Source: a virus
Taxonomy: Duplodnaviria; Caudoviricetes
Direction: 5' to 3' (one strand)
Length of the DNA stretch: 35,482 nt
IMG/VR virus record: IMGVR_UViG_3300017903_002177
Coordinates: 1-35,482 of that record
Shown here: piece by piece, positions 27,352-35,482 of the stretch
How the letters are laid out: each line of letters begins with the position of its first letter
Numbering within the stretch: the stretch's first letter is position 1
Notes under the pieces: generated by a model
The model's database searches: none
Told to the model about the DNA's origin: nothing
The model's input: only the letters and a program-made list of their open reading frames with translations
Translations under genes and position numbers: made by a program

Positions 27352-27758
27352 TAAGAAACGAACTTATTTGCGAAACCTGAAGCGCGTGCAGGATACGGGT
27401 CAGGAGGTAAACCACCGCCAGCTGGGCCAACAGGACCGTAGCCCATTCCTGGATAATTTCTTACGGGAGTGGCTGGGAAAGTGGGGCCTTGCATTGGAAT
27501 GCCGTTTTCATACGGTAAACCTTGTGCAACCTGCATTGGTCGCGGTCCTTTTACGAAACGCTCACCAGACAAGTCACCAAAGTTCCTACGGTCAAGATCC
27601 ATGATCGATCCAAATGGGTCGAAAGCAAGTTGAGGATTTCCGCCTTTGTCTTGACCACCTGTATTAATATTAAGTCCAGCCATGTCCGCACCTAGGGTTG
27701 CCCTTTGCATTCCCTCAAAATTACCAGGTGCCCCTGGACCCATGCTGCTGTAATACAT
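27351..27758 (-). CDS. Gly/Pro/Met-rich hypothetical protein
   Basis: 135 aa, GAGG RBS, TAATG-coupled to the downstream gene. Confidence 0.65.
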   Translation of the reverse strand: MYYSSMGPGAPGNFEGMQRATLGADMAGLNINTGGQDKGGNPQLAFDPFGSIMDLDRRNFGDLSGERFVKGPRPMQVAQGLPYENGIPMQGPTFPATPVRNYPGMGYGPVGPAGGGLPPDPYPARASGFANKFVS

Positions 27759-27795
27759 TTAATAACCCTCTTAATTTGTTTAACGAAAAGGGCTA

Positions 27796-28095
27796 TCAAG
27801 CTTCCTCTTCAGCACTCATCGGACCGGTGCGTCCCATAGGACCCGTACGACCCATAGGACCCATAGGACCCATGGGACCCATCATTCCTCCACCCATCAT
27901 TTGAGCGCCTGCCGCATACATACGCTTGAAATCCATAGGGGTCAGAGGGCCATACATTGCTTGACCGTTCATTGCCATAGGAGGATTGAGATAACCCATT
28001 CCACCACTAGGCCCAGGAATCATCCCCATGTTCATCAGGGCTCCAGTGTTTCCAGGTGCTCCGGGCATGTTGGCATCGCCACCGCTCATCATCAT
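27796..28095 (-). CDS. Met/Gly/Pro-rich protein with collagen-like GPM/GRT triplets
   Basis: 99 aa ending GPMGPMGPMGRTGPMGRTGPMSAEEEA; TAGAAT 21 nt upstream. Confidence 0.65.
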   Translation of the reverse strand: MMMSGGDANMPGAPGNTGALMNMGMIPGPSGGMGYLNPPMAMNGQAMYGPLTPMDFKRMYAAGAQMMGGGMMGPMGPMGPMGRTGPMGRTGPMSAEEEA

Positions 28096-28114
28096 GGTCG
28101 TAAAAGCTTTTTAA

Positions 28115-28294
28115 CTATTCTATTGGTATAAACTTTTCAGGCTCATTAACTTTGGTAAAAACAATTCCATTCCCTTTTAGCCTGCAATCCAGAACATCTC
28201 CTTCACTCCAATCAAGTGTTTCAAGAAGTTCATCTGATAAAACTACATAACACGTTCCATCGGGTGCTTCGTAGATTTCTGTAACTTCGATCAT
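28115..28294 (-). CDS. AbrB/MazE-like small protein (59 aa, not in ORF track)
   Basis: DGTCYVVLSDELLETLDWSEGDVLDC.....GIVF swapped-hairpin pattern; ATGA-coupled. Confidence 0.75.
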   Translation of the reverse strand: MIEVTEIYEAPDGTCYVVLSDELLETLDWSEGDVLDCRLKGNGIVFTKVNEPEKFIPIE

Positions 28295-28518
28295 CTTTTG
28301 TCAATAGTTCTCTCAACAAGCTTATCAAGCTTAATGTTAATTTCAGAAAAAGTATCGTTCATTCTTTGCATCTCCCTGACATAATCTGCCTTCAACACAT
28401 ATTCAATAGGCATTCGATCTACTTTATTTTCGATTTCTCGCATACGCGTTGACACCTTAGAGAGTGTCCAACCACCCCCTGTAATTGCTGCTATAGCAAT
28501 TGCTATTACTTGTTCCAT
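28291..28518 (-). CDS. Small membrane-anchored coiled-coil protein (possible holin-like/lysis accessory)
   Basis: MEQVIAIAIAAITGGGW hydrophobic N-terminus, then P.EYVLKADY...I..KLDKL. Start ATG 28518 with TATAAT 19 nt upstream. Confidence 0.7.
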   Translation of the reverse strand: MEQVIAIAIAAITGGGWTLSKVSTRMREIENKVDRMPIEYVLKADYVREMQRMNDTFSEINIKLDKLVERTIDKR

Positions 28519-28566
28519 AGAGGGTGCCCTTTCTTCTATTATAAAGGTGAGAATCAAATGAGAATA

Positions 28567-30093
28567 TTAAAAATCAATCTGTAAATTACCTTTTCTTGAT
28601 AGGCCATTAAGTAACCAAACCAATGCATCTACACAGTCATCATGGCTAGAAACTCCGAAATTAGTTAACTCTTCAAACATCGCAGTAAAGTTTCGATAAC
28701 GATTGAAGATTACTTTTCTTTCTTCAAAGAGACCAATCGTACCTCTGAATCTAGCCAGCTTGTCAGAGCGGAAACCTTTGACTGGATGCCAGACTAAGTT
28801 CCAGAGACTCTCTTGATTAAGACAAACTCTTTTAAAGTCAGCCTCCAGACTTGCTTGGTAAGCGACTGCTTCGCTATAGATGTCACATGTAGACATCGTG
28901 GGGTAATACAGTCCTTTTTCATCCTGACCAAGAATGTTCCAGTCGGCCAACATCTCCTTCAAAGCATCCAGCTTTTCCAGATTACCCATGACGCGTATTC
29001 GTCGATAATCAATGATATGAATTCGATCTTCAATCCTTCCCCCTAATACCATCACTGTATAGTCATTCTTTTCTTTTACACCTGAAGACAAGTCAATTCC
29101 TACAGCAAGAGAATCAAATTCAGTGGCGATCTCAGCCTTGACAACTAACTCAGGTGCCAGAGACAACTCATGTTGTCTAACAACTTGATTCATGTACTGA
29201 AAACTAAATGCAATGGGTGCTTGCCTTTTTTTCTCCAGTAGATAATCGATTGACCAAAACTCAGGCCAATAGCTTATTTGTTCCCCTGTCTCTTCATCAG
29301 TATTAATCGCTGAAAGAACAACTTGATTCCAATTATTATTTTCATTAAATGTAGTTGAATGAATATCATCATGTCTGAAACGAGTACCTAGACAGATTGC
29401 TCTTGCACCCTCAAACATCGTTGGTGCAATAACTGCATTCCAATTATCTTCCATCTGCTTTCTAACGTCTGGGTTAGAAATATCCGATGCTGATTTAATA
29501 GGGTCATCAATCATCACCAGGTGAGAACGTTTAGATGTAACCGAGCCTTTAAGACCAGCTGCACATAACGTAAATTGTTCTTCGCCTGTAGTATCAATTC
29601 CTGCAAACCTATGGTCAATTGACCAGTACTCATTAGAAGTTACATTCTTAAGAAGCTTTACCTTTGGAAAAACTTCTTGATATTTTTTACTCTCAATAAT
29701 TCTTTTAATGGTTGCAGATTTAGACCGCGCAATATCTACGGTGTAAGAAAGATAAAGGATCTGTAAGGGCTGTCCCGCAGTTGTATGGACTCCAATTGCC
29801 CATGCAGTTAATAGGCCTAGTACAGTAGACTTTGCCGACCCTCTAGGGGCCAACAGATCGATGTTAGGTCCACCGATTTTTAATAGACACTTTGTATCTA
29901 AGCTTGTAATAAAATGTTTATTCCATTCTTTATGATGTGTTGCTGGGGGTTTATCTGCTACATACTCACAAAAGAAACCAAAGTCTTCACGCGCTTTCTC
30001 AATTTGTTCTTGATTCTTATTAGGTTTAATTTGTTGCCTTGCTGCAGCTGCACGTGCATTTCTTCGATAAGCTTGATAACTGTAAGAAGGCAT
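28567..30093 (-). CDS. terL: Terminase large subunit
   Basis: Walker A-like APRGSAKST, Walker B LVMIDDP, GTRF..DD, nuclease GIDLS..NDYT and HDDCVDA motifs. Confidence 0.95.
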   Translation of the reverse strand: MPSYSYQAYRRNARAAAARQQIKPNKNQEQIEKAREDFGFFCEYVADKPPATHHKEWNKHFITSLDTKCLLKIGGPNIDLLAPRGSAKSTVLGLLTAWAIGVHTTAGQPLQILYLSYTVDIARSKSATIKRIIESKKYQEVFPKVKLLKNVTSNEYWSIDHRFAGIDTTGEEQFTLCAAGLKGSVTSKRSHLVMIDDPIKSASDISNPDVRKQMEDNWNAVIAPTMFEGARAICLGTRFRHDDIHSTTFNENNNWNQVVLSAINTDEETGEQISYWPEFWSIDYLLEKKRQAPIAFSFQYMNQVVRQHELSLAPELVVKAEIATEFDSLAVGIDLSSGVKEKNDYTVMVLGGRIEDRIHIIDYRRIRVMGNLEKLDALKEMLADWNILGQDEKGLYYPTMSTCDIYSEAVAYQASLEADFKRVCLNQESLWNLVWHPVKGFRSDKLARFRGTIGLFEERKVIFNRYRNFTAMFEELTNFGVSSHDDCVDALVWLLNGLSRKGNLQIDF

Positions 30094-30165
30094 AAAAATT
30101 TCCCTATTCTTCTACAGTAACAAAGAACAGGGATATTTTAACAAGATAAAAGATTTTAAGGCTAA

Positions 30166-30402
30166 TTAGAAATTAGCGAACATGCTGGACAGGCCCCGTG
30201 CATAGATGTTCTGGCGTTCTTGAGCCTGAGCATCACGGTTTTGGCGGATCTTAGAACCAGTAAGCTTACTTAACAGGAAATTAAAGTCTCCTCGATTAAA
30301 AGACGGTCCAAACTCTTGCTGTACACGACTAAACTGAATGTCCCTAATTTCGTCTTGGTTTAATCCAGCCTGCTTGCCTGACTCAGCAATACGCTGAATG
30401 TC
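30166..30402. repeat. Direct repeat copy 1 (237 bp, ~94% identical to 33016-33252)
   Basis: Manual alignment at offset 2850: 14 mismatches, no indels, ~100-bp exact core. Confidence 0.95.
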
Positions 30403-30738
30403 GGCTGTAAGTCCAGCATCAGCTTTGGCGGCTTTCTTTCCTTGTTTACCACCCATGCCATCACCCATCGGGCCTTCCGGCGCTGTTGCTGGTGTGTTGA
30501 CAAGTCGCTCTTCAAAACTATCTCTTGTAAGTCTTGGAGAGTTCCTCTGCTCTTTAAACTGCCCTCTTAACTGTCGTGCTTGTTTTTTGGTTAGATTTCC
30601 TGAGTCTTGCAGACCCTTGAGTTCCGCTCGGAATTCACGCCTTGCCTGATTATCTTGTTTCTTTGTAAGAGGACCTTGGTCTTGTAAGCTCCTAAGGTCA
30701 TTAAAGAAACCAGACAAAAATTGTGCAGAGTTAGACAT
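30166..30738 (-). CDS. Putative internal virion protein, paralog A
   Basis: 190 aa; C-terminal ~78 aa nearly identical to those of 33016-33336. Confidence 0.75.
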   Translation of the reverse strand: MSNSAQFLSGFFNDLRSLQDQGPLTKKQDNQARREFRAELKGLQDSGNLTKKQARQLRGQFKEQRNSPRLTRDSFEERLVNTPATAPEGPMGDGMGGKQGKKAAKADAGLTADIQRIAESGKQAGLNQDEIRDIQFSRVQQEFGPSFNRGDFNFLLSKLTGSKIRQNRDAQAQERQNIYARGLSSMFANF

Positions 30739-30810
30739 TGATATATCCGGGTAAAGGATTAAAATTTAAATCTTCTAATATTATATCTTAAATATTTTAG
30801 TGAGTTTTCA

Positions 30811-31767
30811 TCAGAAGTTTTTAGCTTTTTTTGCATAACCTTTAGCCTCACGCTTGGCCCTTCTTCTTTCTTTAAATCTAGCTGCAGCTTTTGCTGAGGA
30901 AGCACGCTTTGCTCTACGCTTTTCCCTGAGTTCCTTACGTTCTTCAGGACTTCTATCAGCGTTAAAACGAGGCCTACCAGTTTCTCTTGCTTTGCCAATT
31001 TCAGGTGTTTCACTGAAAGCAGCAGGCATTCCATTCATCTCCTTAGTTTCACCCGAATTCCGATCGGTAAACGGAGAACCAGCAGCTAAATCTTCGGCTG
31101 TAAAGGGTTTTCCTTTCTGTAACGGCGCAAAGATAGAATCTGGCCGCTCACGCAATAGTTCGCCATCAAGACCCCTAAAGTCTGGTCCCAGATATACTTC
31201 ACCTGGTTTGATAGTTTCACGAGGAGCCGTATTTAAAGCATTTAAAACCGCATCAAAATCTGCTTTAGTTATAGATTGACGTTGTGACGGATCGGCAAAC
31301 TTTGCTGTCAATGCATTGTAGCTATCTACAACAGCTTGAGGGATTTTTTGGTTCCTGGGAGGATCTGGATTCGGAGCTCTTTTATAATTGTAAGCACTTC
31401 TGGGATCCGCTTTATTTCTTTCAATATTTTGTTGTCGTACTTCCTCTCTAGAAAGCCTAGGTACGTCCTCGATATTTTCATAAGTTATGACATCTTGAAG
31501 AGCACCTGGTCCATACAAACTCGCTAAGCGCCGACGGTCTTCCTGCCGACGACTATTAAAACGATCAAGATCATACTGAGAGAAACTTGAGTCAAATCTG
31601 ATTTTTCCTAAATTTTGATTAGCTAATCGATCAGAAAAATCTTTTTCCTCTCCATTATCTAGCATTCTTGTTTCAAAAGCCTTAATTTGTTTCTTTGTAC
31701 TGCCAGGGCTTAGCGTATAAGTATTACCATAAAGATTATAAACAAGAGGGTTAGAAGAAGAAGTCAT
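30811..31767 (-). CDS. Hypothetical protein with very basic C-terminal tail
   Basis: 318 aa, GAGG RBS; ends RRRAKREAKGYAKKAKNF. Confidence 0.75.
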   Translation of the reverse strand: MTSSSNPLVYNLYGNTYTLSPGSTKKQIKAFETRMLDNGEEKDFSDRLANQNLGKIRFDSSFSQYDLDRFNSRRQEDRRRLASLYGPGALQDVITYENIEDVPRLSREEVRQQNIERNKADPRSAYNYKRAPNPDPPRNQKIPQAVVDSYNALTAKFADPSQRQSITKADFDAVLNALNTAPRETIKPGEVYLGPDFRGLDGELLRERPDSIFAPLQKGKPFTAEDLAAGSPFTDRNSGETKEMNGMPAAFSETPEIGKARETGRPRFNADRSPEERKELREKRRAKRASSAKAAARFKERRRAKREAKGYAKKAKNF

Positions 31768-31840
31768 TAGTTACCGCCTCAGTCAATTAAGAGTTTTACA
31801 AACTTTGTTATTTAACTATTTTAAATCAATAAACTTACTC

Positions 31841-32194
31841 TTAGCGCATCATACGCCGTGAATCACGAGTTGCTCGGCCAGGTCCCATATCAAGTCCTTC
31901 AACCTCTTCTTCTTCCATTCCCATACCTTGCATCATGCCATCGGTGTTTTCTGCGTTGTCACCTAACATGGCATTTAAGTTATTGCTAAAGTCAGTACGA
32001 TTCATTTCAGTGCCTCGCATACCACCTGTATTTTCTCCCTCTCCTACCATCATATTCATGGGATTTTCACCGCTCATGCCGGGGGTGTTGCCCATGCCAA
32101 AATTATTAGAAGACTCAGCGTCTTGACGCTCTAACATCATGTTTTGCAAGTTCTCGTAAGTATTCTCACGAAGACGCTGGTTTGACTGGCCCAT
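31841..32194 (-). CDS. Met/Gly/Asn-rich low-complexity protein
   Basis: 117 aa, AGGA RBS. Confidence 0.65.
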   Translation of the reverse strand: MGQSNQRLRENTYENLQNMMLERQDAESSNNFGMGNTPGMSGENPMNMMVGEGENTGGMRGTEMNRTDFSNNLNAMLGDNAENTDGMMQGMGMEEEEVEGLDMGPGRATRDSRRMMR

Positions 32195-32229
32195 TTTTAA
32201 ATCCTATTTATATACCTATAATATATCAA

Positions 32230-32859
32230 CTATTCCTCTAGTTGCATCCTTGCCCAAACTGCCATTGATGCTTCTTCTAAGGGAATAGAAATAGGATCAT
32301 CTTTAAATATCGCGAGCAATTCACGGATAGCCCTATCAGCACCAGCAAGTAATAAACCTTTTCTATCTTTCATCGTGGTAAATTCTTCCACCTGTGCGAT
32401 GTTGCCACGAATCTCACGCTGCATTTGAGCATTCCTAGCAACACCTACATCCCTTTTAATTAATCCGTTTTCTACATCTTCGCGTAATTTACGCACATCC
32501 TCTGTCATTTCATTGATTTGAAATAGCAATGTGTGGATGTGATCAGGCTTTTCAAAAAGTGAAGTTACCCAAACATCACAATCCGCAACGGTCCCTTTGT
32601 AGCCAAGGAACCGTGCGTATATGTAAATTTCAACAACAGAATATTTGTCACAAGCAAAAGACATGAAAGTCTCTCTTGTGGAAGAATCCAAGTTCTCTAC
32701 AAAGTGCGAAAAGACCTCAGAACTTATAAGCTCGTCGTGCTTGAGCGTTGTCTCGAGCTTCTTGTGTTCGCTCGGTTTTACGCTGTTCTGATGCGCTTTT
32801 TTCGATGTTTTGTCTTTGCTGAGATCCTTCTTCTCTAAGTTTGCGTTCTCCGAATTCAT
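32230..32859 (-). CDS. Helical phage protein (candidate terminase small subunit)
   Basis: 209 aa; EIYIYARFLGY...DRKGLLLAGADRAIREL. Start is uncertain (143-nt overlap with the upstream gene) and the function is inferred only from position upstream of terL. Confidence 0.65.
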   Translation of the reverse strand: MNSENANLEKKDLSKDKTSKKAHQNSVKPSEHKKLETTLKHDELISSEVFSHFVENLDSSTRETFMSFACDKYSVVEIYIYARFLGYKGTVADCDVWVTSLFEKPDHIHTLLFQINEMTEDVRKLREDVENGLIKRDVGVARNAQMQREIRGNIAQVEEFTTMKDRKGLLLAGADRAIRELLAIFKDDPISIPLEEASMAVWARMQLEE

Positions 32860-32995
32860 ACGCTAAATCGTAAGCCTTTCTGTACCTTTCAATGTCGTCG
32901 TCTGATAAATCTAACGACGGCCTTCCTGTAGATGGCTCATCTCTTACGTTTCTCTCCTCCTCGGAGAATGCATCAACAATTTTACTTGATGACAT
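32717..32995 (-). CDS. Charged helical hypothetical protein
   Basis: 92 aa, GGGGA RBS-like site; ends ARRAYKF. Confidence 0.7.
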   Translation of the reverse strand: MSSSKIVDAFSEEERNVRDEPSTGRPSLDLSDDDIERYRKAYDLAYEFGERKLREEGSQQRQNIEKSASEQRKTERTQEARDNAQARRAYKF

Positions 32996-33015
32996 GATTC
33001 ATTCCCCGGAAAAGA

Positions 33016-33252
33016 TCAGAAGTTAGAGAACATGCTGGACAGACCCCGTGCATAGATGTTCTGGCGTTCTTGAGCCTGAGCATCACGGTTTTGGCGGATC
33101 TTAGAACCAGTAAGCTTACTTAACAGGAAATTAAAGTCTCCTCGGTTGAAAGAGGGTCCAAACTCTTGCTGTACACGACCAAACTGAATGTCCCTGATCT
33201 CGTCATCGTTTAATCCAGCCTGCTTGCCTGACTCAGCAATACGATTAATGTC
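33016..33252. repeat. Direct repeat copy 2
   Basis: Matches 30166-30402. Confidence 0.95.
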
Positions 33253-33336
33253 CTCTGTAAGTTTAAAATCTTTTTTTGCTGCTTGTTGGTCCATGCGATC
33301 CATGAACTGTGGCGGCAGGTTAAAACTAGTAGACAT
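33016..33336 (-). CDS. Putative internal virion protein, paralog B
   Basis: 106 aa; ends ARGLSSMFSNF; TATAAT 26 nt upstream. Confidence 0.75.
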   Translation of the reverse strand: MSTSFNLPPQFMDRMDQQAAKKDFKLTEDINRIAESGKQAGLNDDEIRDIQFGRVQQEFGPSFNRGDFNFLLSKLTGSKIRQNRDAQAQERQNIYARGLSSMFSNF

Positions 33337-33380
33337 TTTTTAATGCTATAAACTACTTAAATATTATACAAGTAGTTCAC

Positions 33381-34667
33381 TCAATTAAAAAAGCCATTTG
33401 CTAATCCTGCAACCATTCCGTATTGTCCCTGGATAACAGCGAGTCTTTCCCGTCCTGCATCTTTTATTCTTTGAAGACTCTTGTCAATGTCACCTTGGAG
33501 TGCAGTTAAGCCAGAGTTATAAAGATACTTTCGTTCATCCCGACGCTGCTGTTGAAAATCTTCAATTTCAGCAATAGTACCTGTAAAAGTAAAGTCTTCA
33601 ATGGGTTTTAAACCAGCTCTTTGACGGGCTTCGTTTGTGAAATTATCCGGACCAAACTTGAACTCTCGTTGGTCTGTAATAACCTCACGCGTCGGGCCTA
33701 CACCTGCTCGGTAAGAAAAGTCTTCAGTTTCTCCTCGGTCAATTGGAACCAGGCCACGTCCCTCTTTGTCTACCTCTGTAAAAGTACCTTCAGAAAGTCT
33801 CTTAATAAAGTCTTTCTCTCCACCCTGTACATTCTTACCCTCTAAATAATTAGGATTCTTCTTTAAGTATTGAACAATCTCATCGTCAGAATATCCGGCT
33901 TGACGCGCTTTAAATACGTCATACCCACCAAAGTCAGGGCCTAAGCCATAGCGCTTGCGTATTGCATCTAAAGATGGACGTTGATATTCTTGTTGTTCTC
34001 CCTCAGGTACTGGAACTGTTTCTGTAAGTCTTTTGCCATAGTATGCATCAGCATATGCATCAAACAAGCCACCTGTTCCAAACTTGTCTTTGTACTCCTG
34101 ACTAGCTGAAATATCACCTATAAGCTGATCGTAATCGTATCCAGGAATACCTCCTTCAAGTCTTCCTGTAAATTTAAGCAATTCATTTCCTGTCGCTTCC
34201 CGTCCTAAAGTGTTTTGGAAAGCCCTTCGAACTTGCTCTTCGTTTTGTTTAGGTACAACTACTTTATCGTATTGCCTGTAGATCTGATTTAAATCCTGGC
34301 CAAACTTAGGATCTGTGTCGAAAAGATCGTTTTCTGTAATAAAGTTTTGTAGATTTAAACCAGCGGTAATAGGACCTTGCCTACCTGACAAAAGTCCAGC
34401 AAATTGATTATCTTTAAATCCTTCATAAGCCTCTGCTGCACTTGCCCGGCGCTGAGGATTATTAAAGACATTATTACCACGAGCAATTACATCGTTGCTG
34501 AGTCCCATTGAAAGGTCAAGGAACTCTTCTAGATTTTCGTTTTCGCCTGGATCAAAAACCTGTGCGGTACGTTGGCTACTCCCTCCGCCTCCACTGCTAC
34601 GGCCTCCGCCCAATGCTCCTGCTGCTGCTCCAATGAGAGGACCTATTGCGGCTGCTAAAAAACTCAT
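33381..34667 (-). CDS. Putative internal virion / DNA-ejection protein
   Basis: AAGGAG RBS, then MSFLAAAIGPLIGAAAGALGG (pilot/ejection-protein-like N-terminus); KARQAGYSDDEI motif. Confidence 0.75.
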   Translation of the reverse strand: MSFLAAAIGPLIGAAAGALGGGRSSGGGGSSQRTAQVFDPGENENLEEFLDLSMGLSNDVIARGNNVFNNPQRRASAAEAYEGFKDNQFAGLLSGRQGPITAGLNLQNFITENDLFDTDPKFGQDLNQIYRQYDKVVVPKQNEEQVRRAFQNTLGREATGNELLKFTGRLEGGIPGYDYDQLIGDISASQEYKDKFGTGGLFDAYADAYYGKRLTETVPVPEGEQQEYQRPSLDAIRKRYGLGPDFGGYDVFKARQAGYSDDEIVQYLKKNPNYLEGKNVQGGEKDFIKRLSEGTFTEVDKEGRGLVPIDRGETEDFSYRAGVGPTREVITDQREFKFGPDNFTNEARQRAGLKPIEDFTFTGTIAEIEDFQQQRRDERKYLYNSGLTALQGDIDKSLQRIKDAGRERLAVIQGQYGMVAGLANGFFN

Positions 34668-34677
34668 TTTAATCTCC

Positions 34678-35250
34678 TTAAACAACTAAATTGGAAACGT
34701 TTACAGGCGCAGCACTACCGAACATTGCTGCGGTTTGTCCTATTCTACCGGCAAGGTCTCTTTTAATTGCAAGTCTATTCTGGAATTGCGCGGCTTGTTT
34801 TGCTTCAGGACTGTTTTGAAGTTCAGTGAAAATTTGTGCGCGTCTGATTCCTCTAGCTTCTTCTAATTCTCTAGCTCTATTCTCACGGAAAAAATTCAGG
34901 TCAGCGCCAGGGCCAAACGTGAAAGCTGTATTGAACTGATTCTGTGCTAGCTGGGCATCGAGGGCTTCCCTTCTAGCTGCATTAAGGAAGTTTAACTGAC
35001 CTTCAGCAGCTGCAAAGGCTGCATCAGCAGTGTTACGTGCGCCTGCCCCTGCAATACCTGCATTAAGTCCACCTAAGATTCCTGTTGTTAAATCGCGTCC
35101 TGTAAGGTTTCCAAAGAAACCACCTTGAGTTGTGGGTGTAGGTTTGGAGCCAAATCCACCGAAAGTAGAGCTAAATCCACCACCGCCTCCAAAACCAAAA
35201 TCGGTTCTACCTCCTAAGTCAACCGCTGTACCAAAATCAACGAAGCTCAT
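34678..35250 (-). CDS. Putative internal virion / ejection protein
   Basis: 190 aa; FG-rich N-terminus, Gly/Ala amphipathic segment, then helical region. Confidence 0.7.
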   Translation of the reverse strand: MSFVDFGTAVDLGGRTDFGFGGGGGFSSTFGGFGSKPTPTTQGGFFGNLTGRDLTTGILGGLNAGIAGAGARNTADAAFAAAEGQLNFLNAARREALDAQLAQNQFNTAFTFGPGADLNFFRENRARELEEARGIRRAQIFTELQNSPEAKQAAQFQNRLAIKRDLAGRIGQTAAMFGSAAPVNVSNLVV

Positions 35251-35265
35251 TTCTTTAGTCCTCTA

Positions 35266-35482
35266 TCAAAAATAACCGCCTGCGTTAGGATTGATCGCAC
35301 CACCCCCGATGTTGATTCCCCCCATACGCGCAAGTGCATCGGTTGCGGTCTTAGCAGAACCTAAGGCAACTGTTGCAGGTAATACAGCAGCCTGTGTAAG
35401 TGTCCTGGGAATTTGATACATCAAATTGTATGGCGCAGCTTGGGCCAGACGCTCTGCCTCAAACTCATTCTTTAAAGCCAAA
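35266..35482 (-). CDS. 3' end of a putative virion protein (truncated by the window edge)
   Basis: Open frame runs off the window; ends NAGGYF. Confidence 0.6.
   Translation of the reverse strand, partial: LALKNEFEAERLAQAAPYNLMYQIPRTLTQAAVLPATVALGSAKTATDALARMGGINIGGGAINPNAGGYF

Noticed and set aside
30166-33252. Repeat pair as a diversity-generating retroelement TR/VR
   Set aside because: Mismatches are not adenine-specific on either strand, are mostly synonymous, both copies are coding, and there is no reverse transcriptase in the window.

Overview
A 35.5-kb segment of a tailed dsDNA phage, most likely a picocyanobacterial cyanophage (inferred from small-gene families, not from a database hit). 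It covers the virion-morphogenesis region, mostly on the minus strand: putative internal virion proteins, terminase large subunit, portal, scaffold, major capsid protein (MCP), a second abundant structural protein, three peptidoglycan hydrolases and two repeat-rich tail fibres. A short plus-strand operon encodes an HTH protein, a degenerate adenine methyltransferase and dCTP deaminase. The main discovery, missed by the ORF track, is that the MCP gene is split after its 4th codon by an 823-nt group I intron (22392-23214, minus strand). The intron's P1 loop carries an HNH homing endonuclease encoded on the opposite strand with its own promoter-like box. Other notable signals are a 590-nt portal/scaffold dual-frame overlap, a circularly permuted M23 peptidase, a C-terminal motif shared by two hydrolases, many putative virion proteins ending in Phe/GGxF, a split DUF5872-type gene, a 237-bp recent duplication and a -10-only promoter box in front of at least 15 genes.
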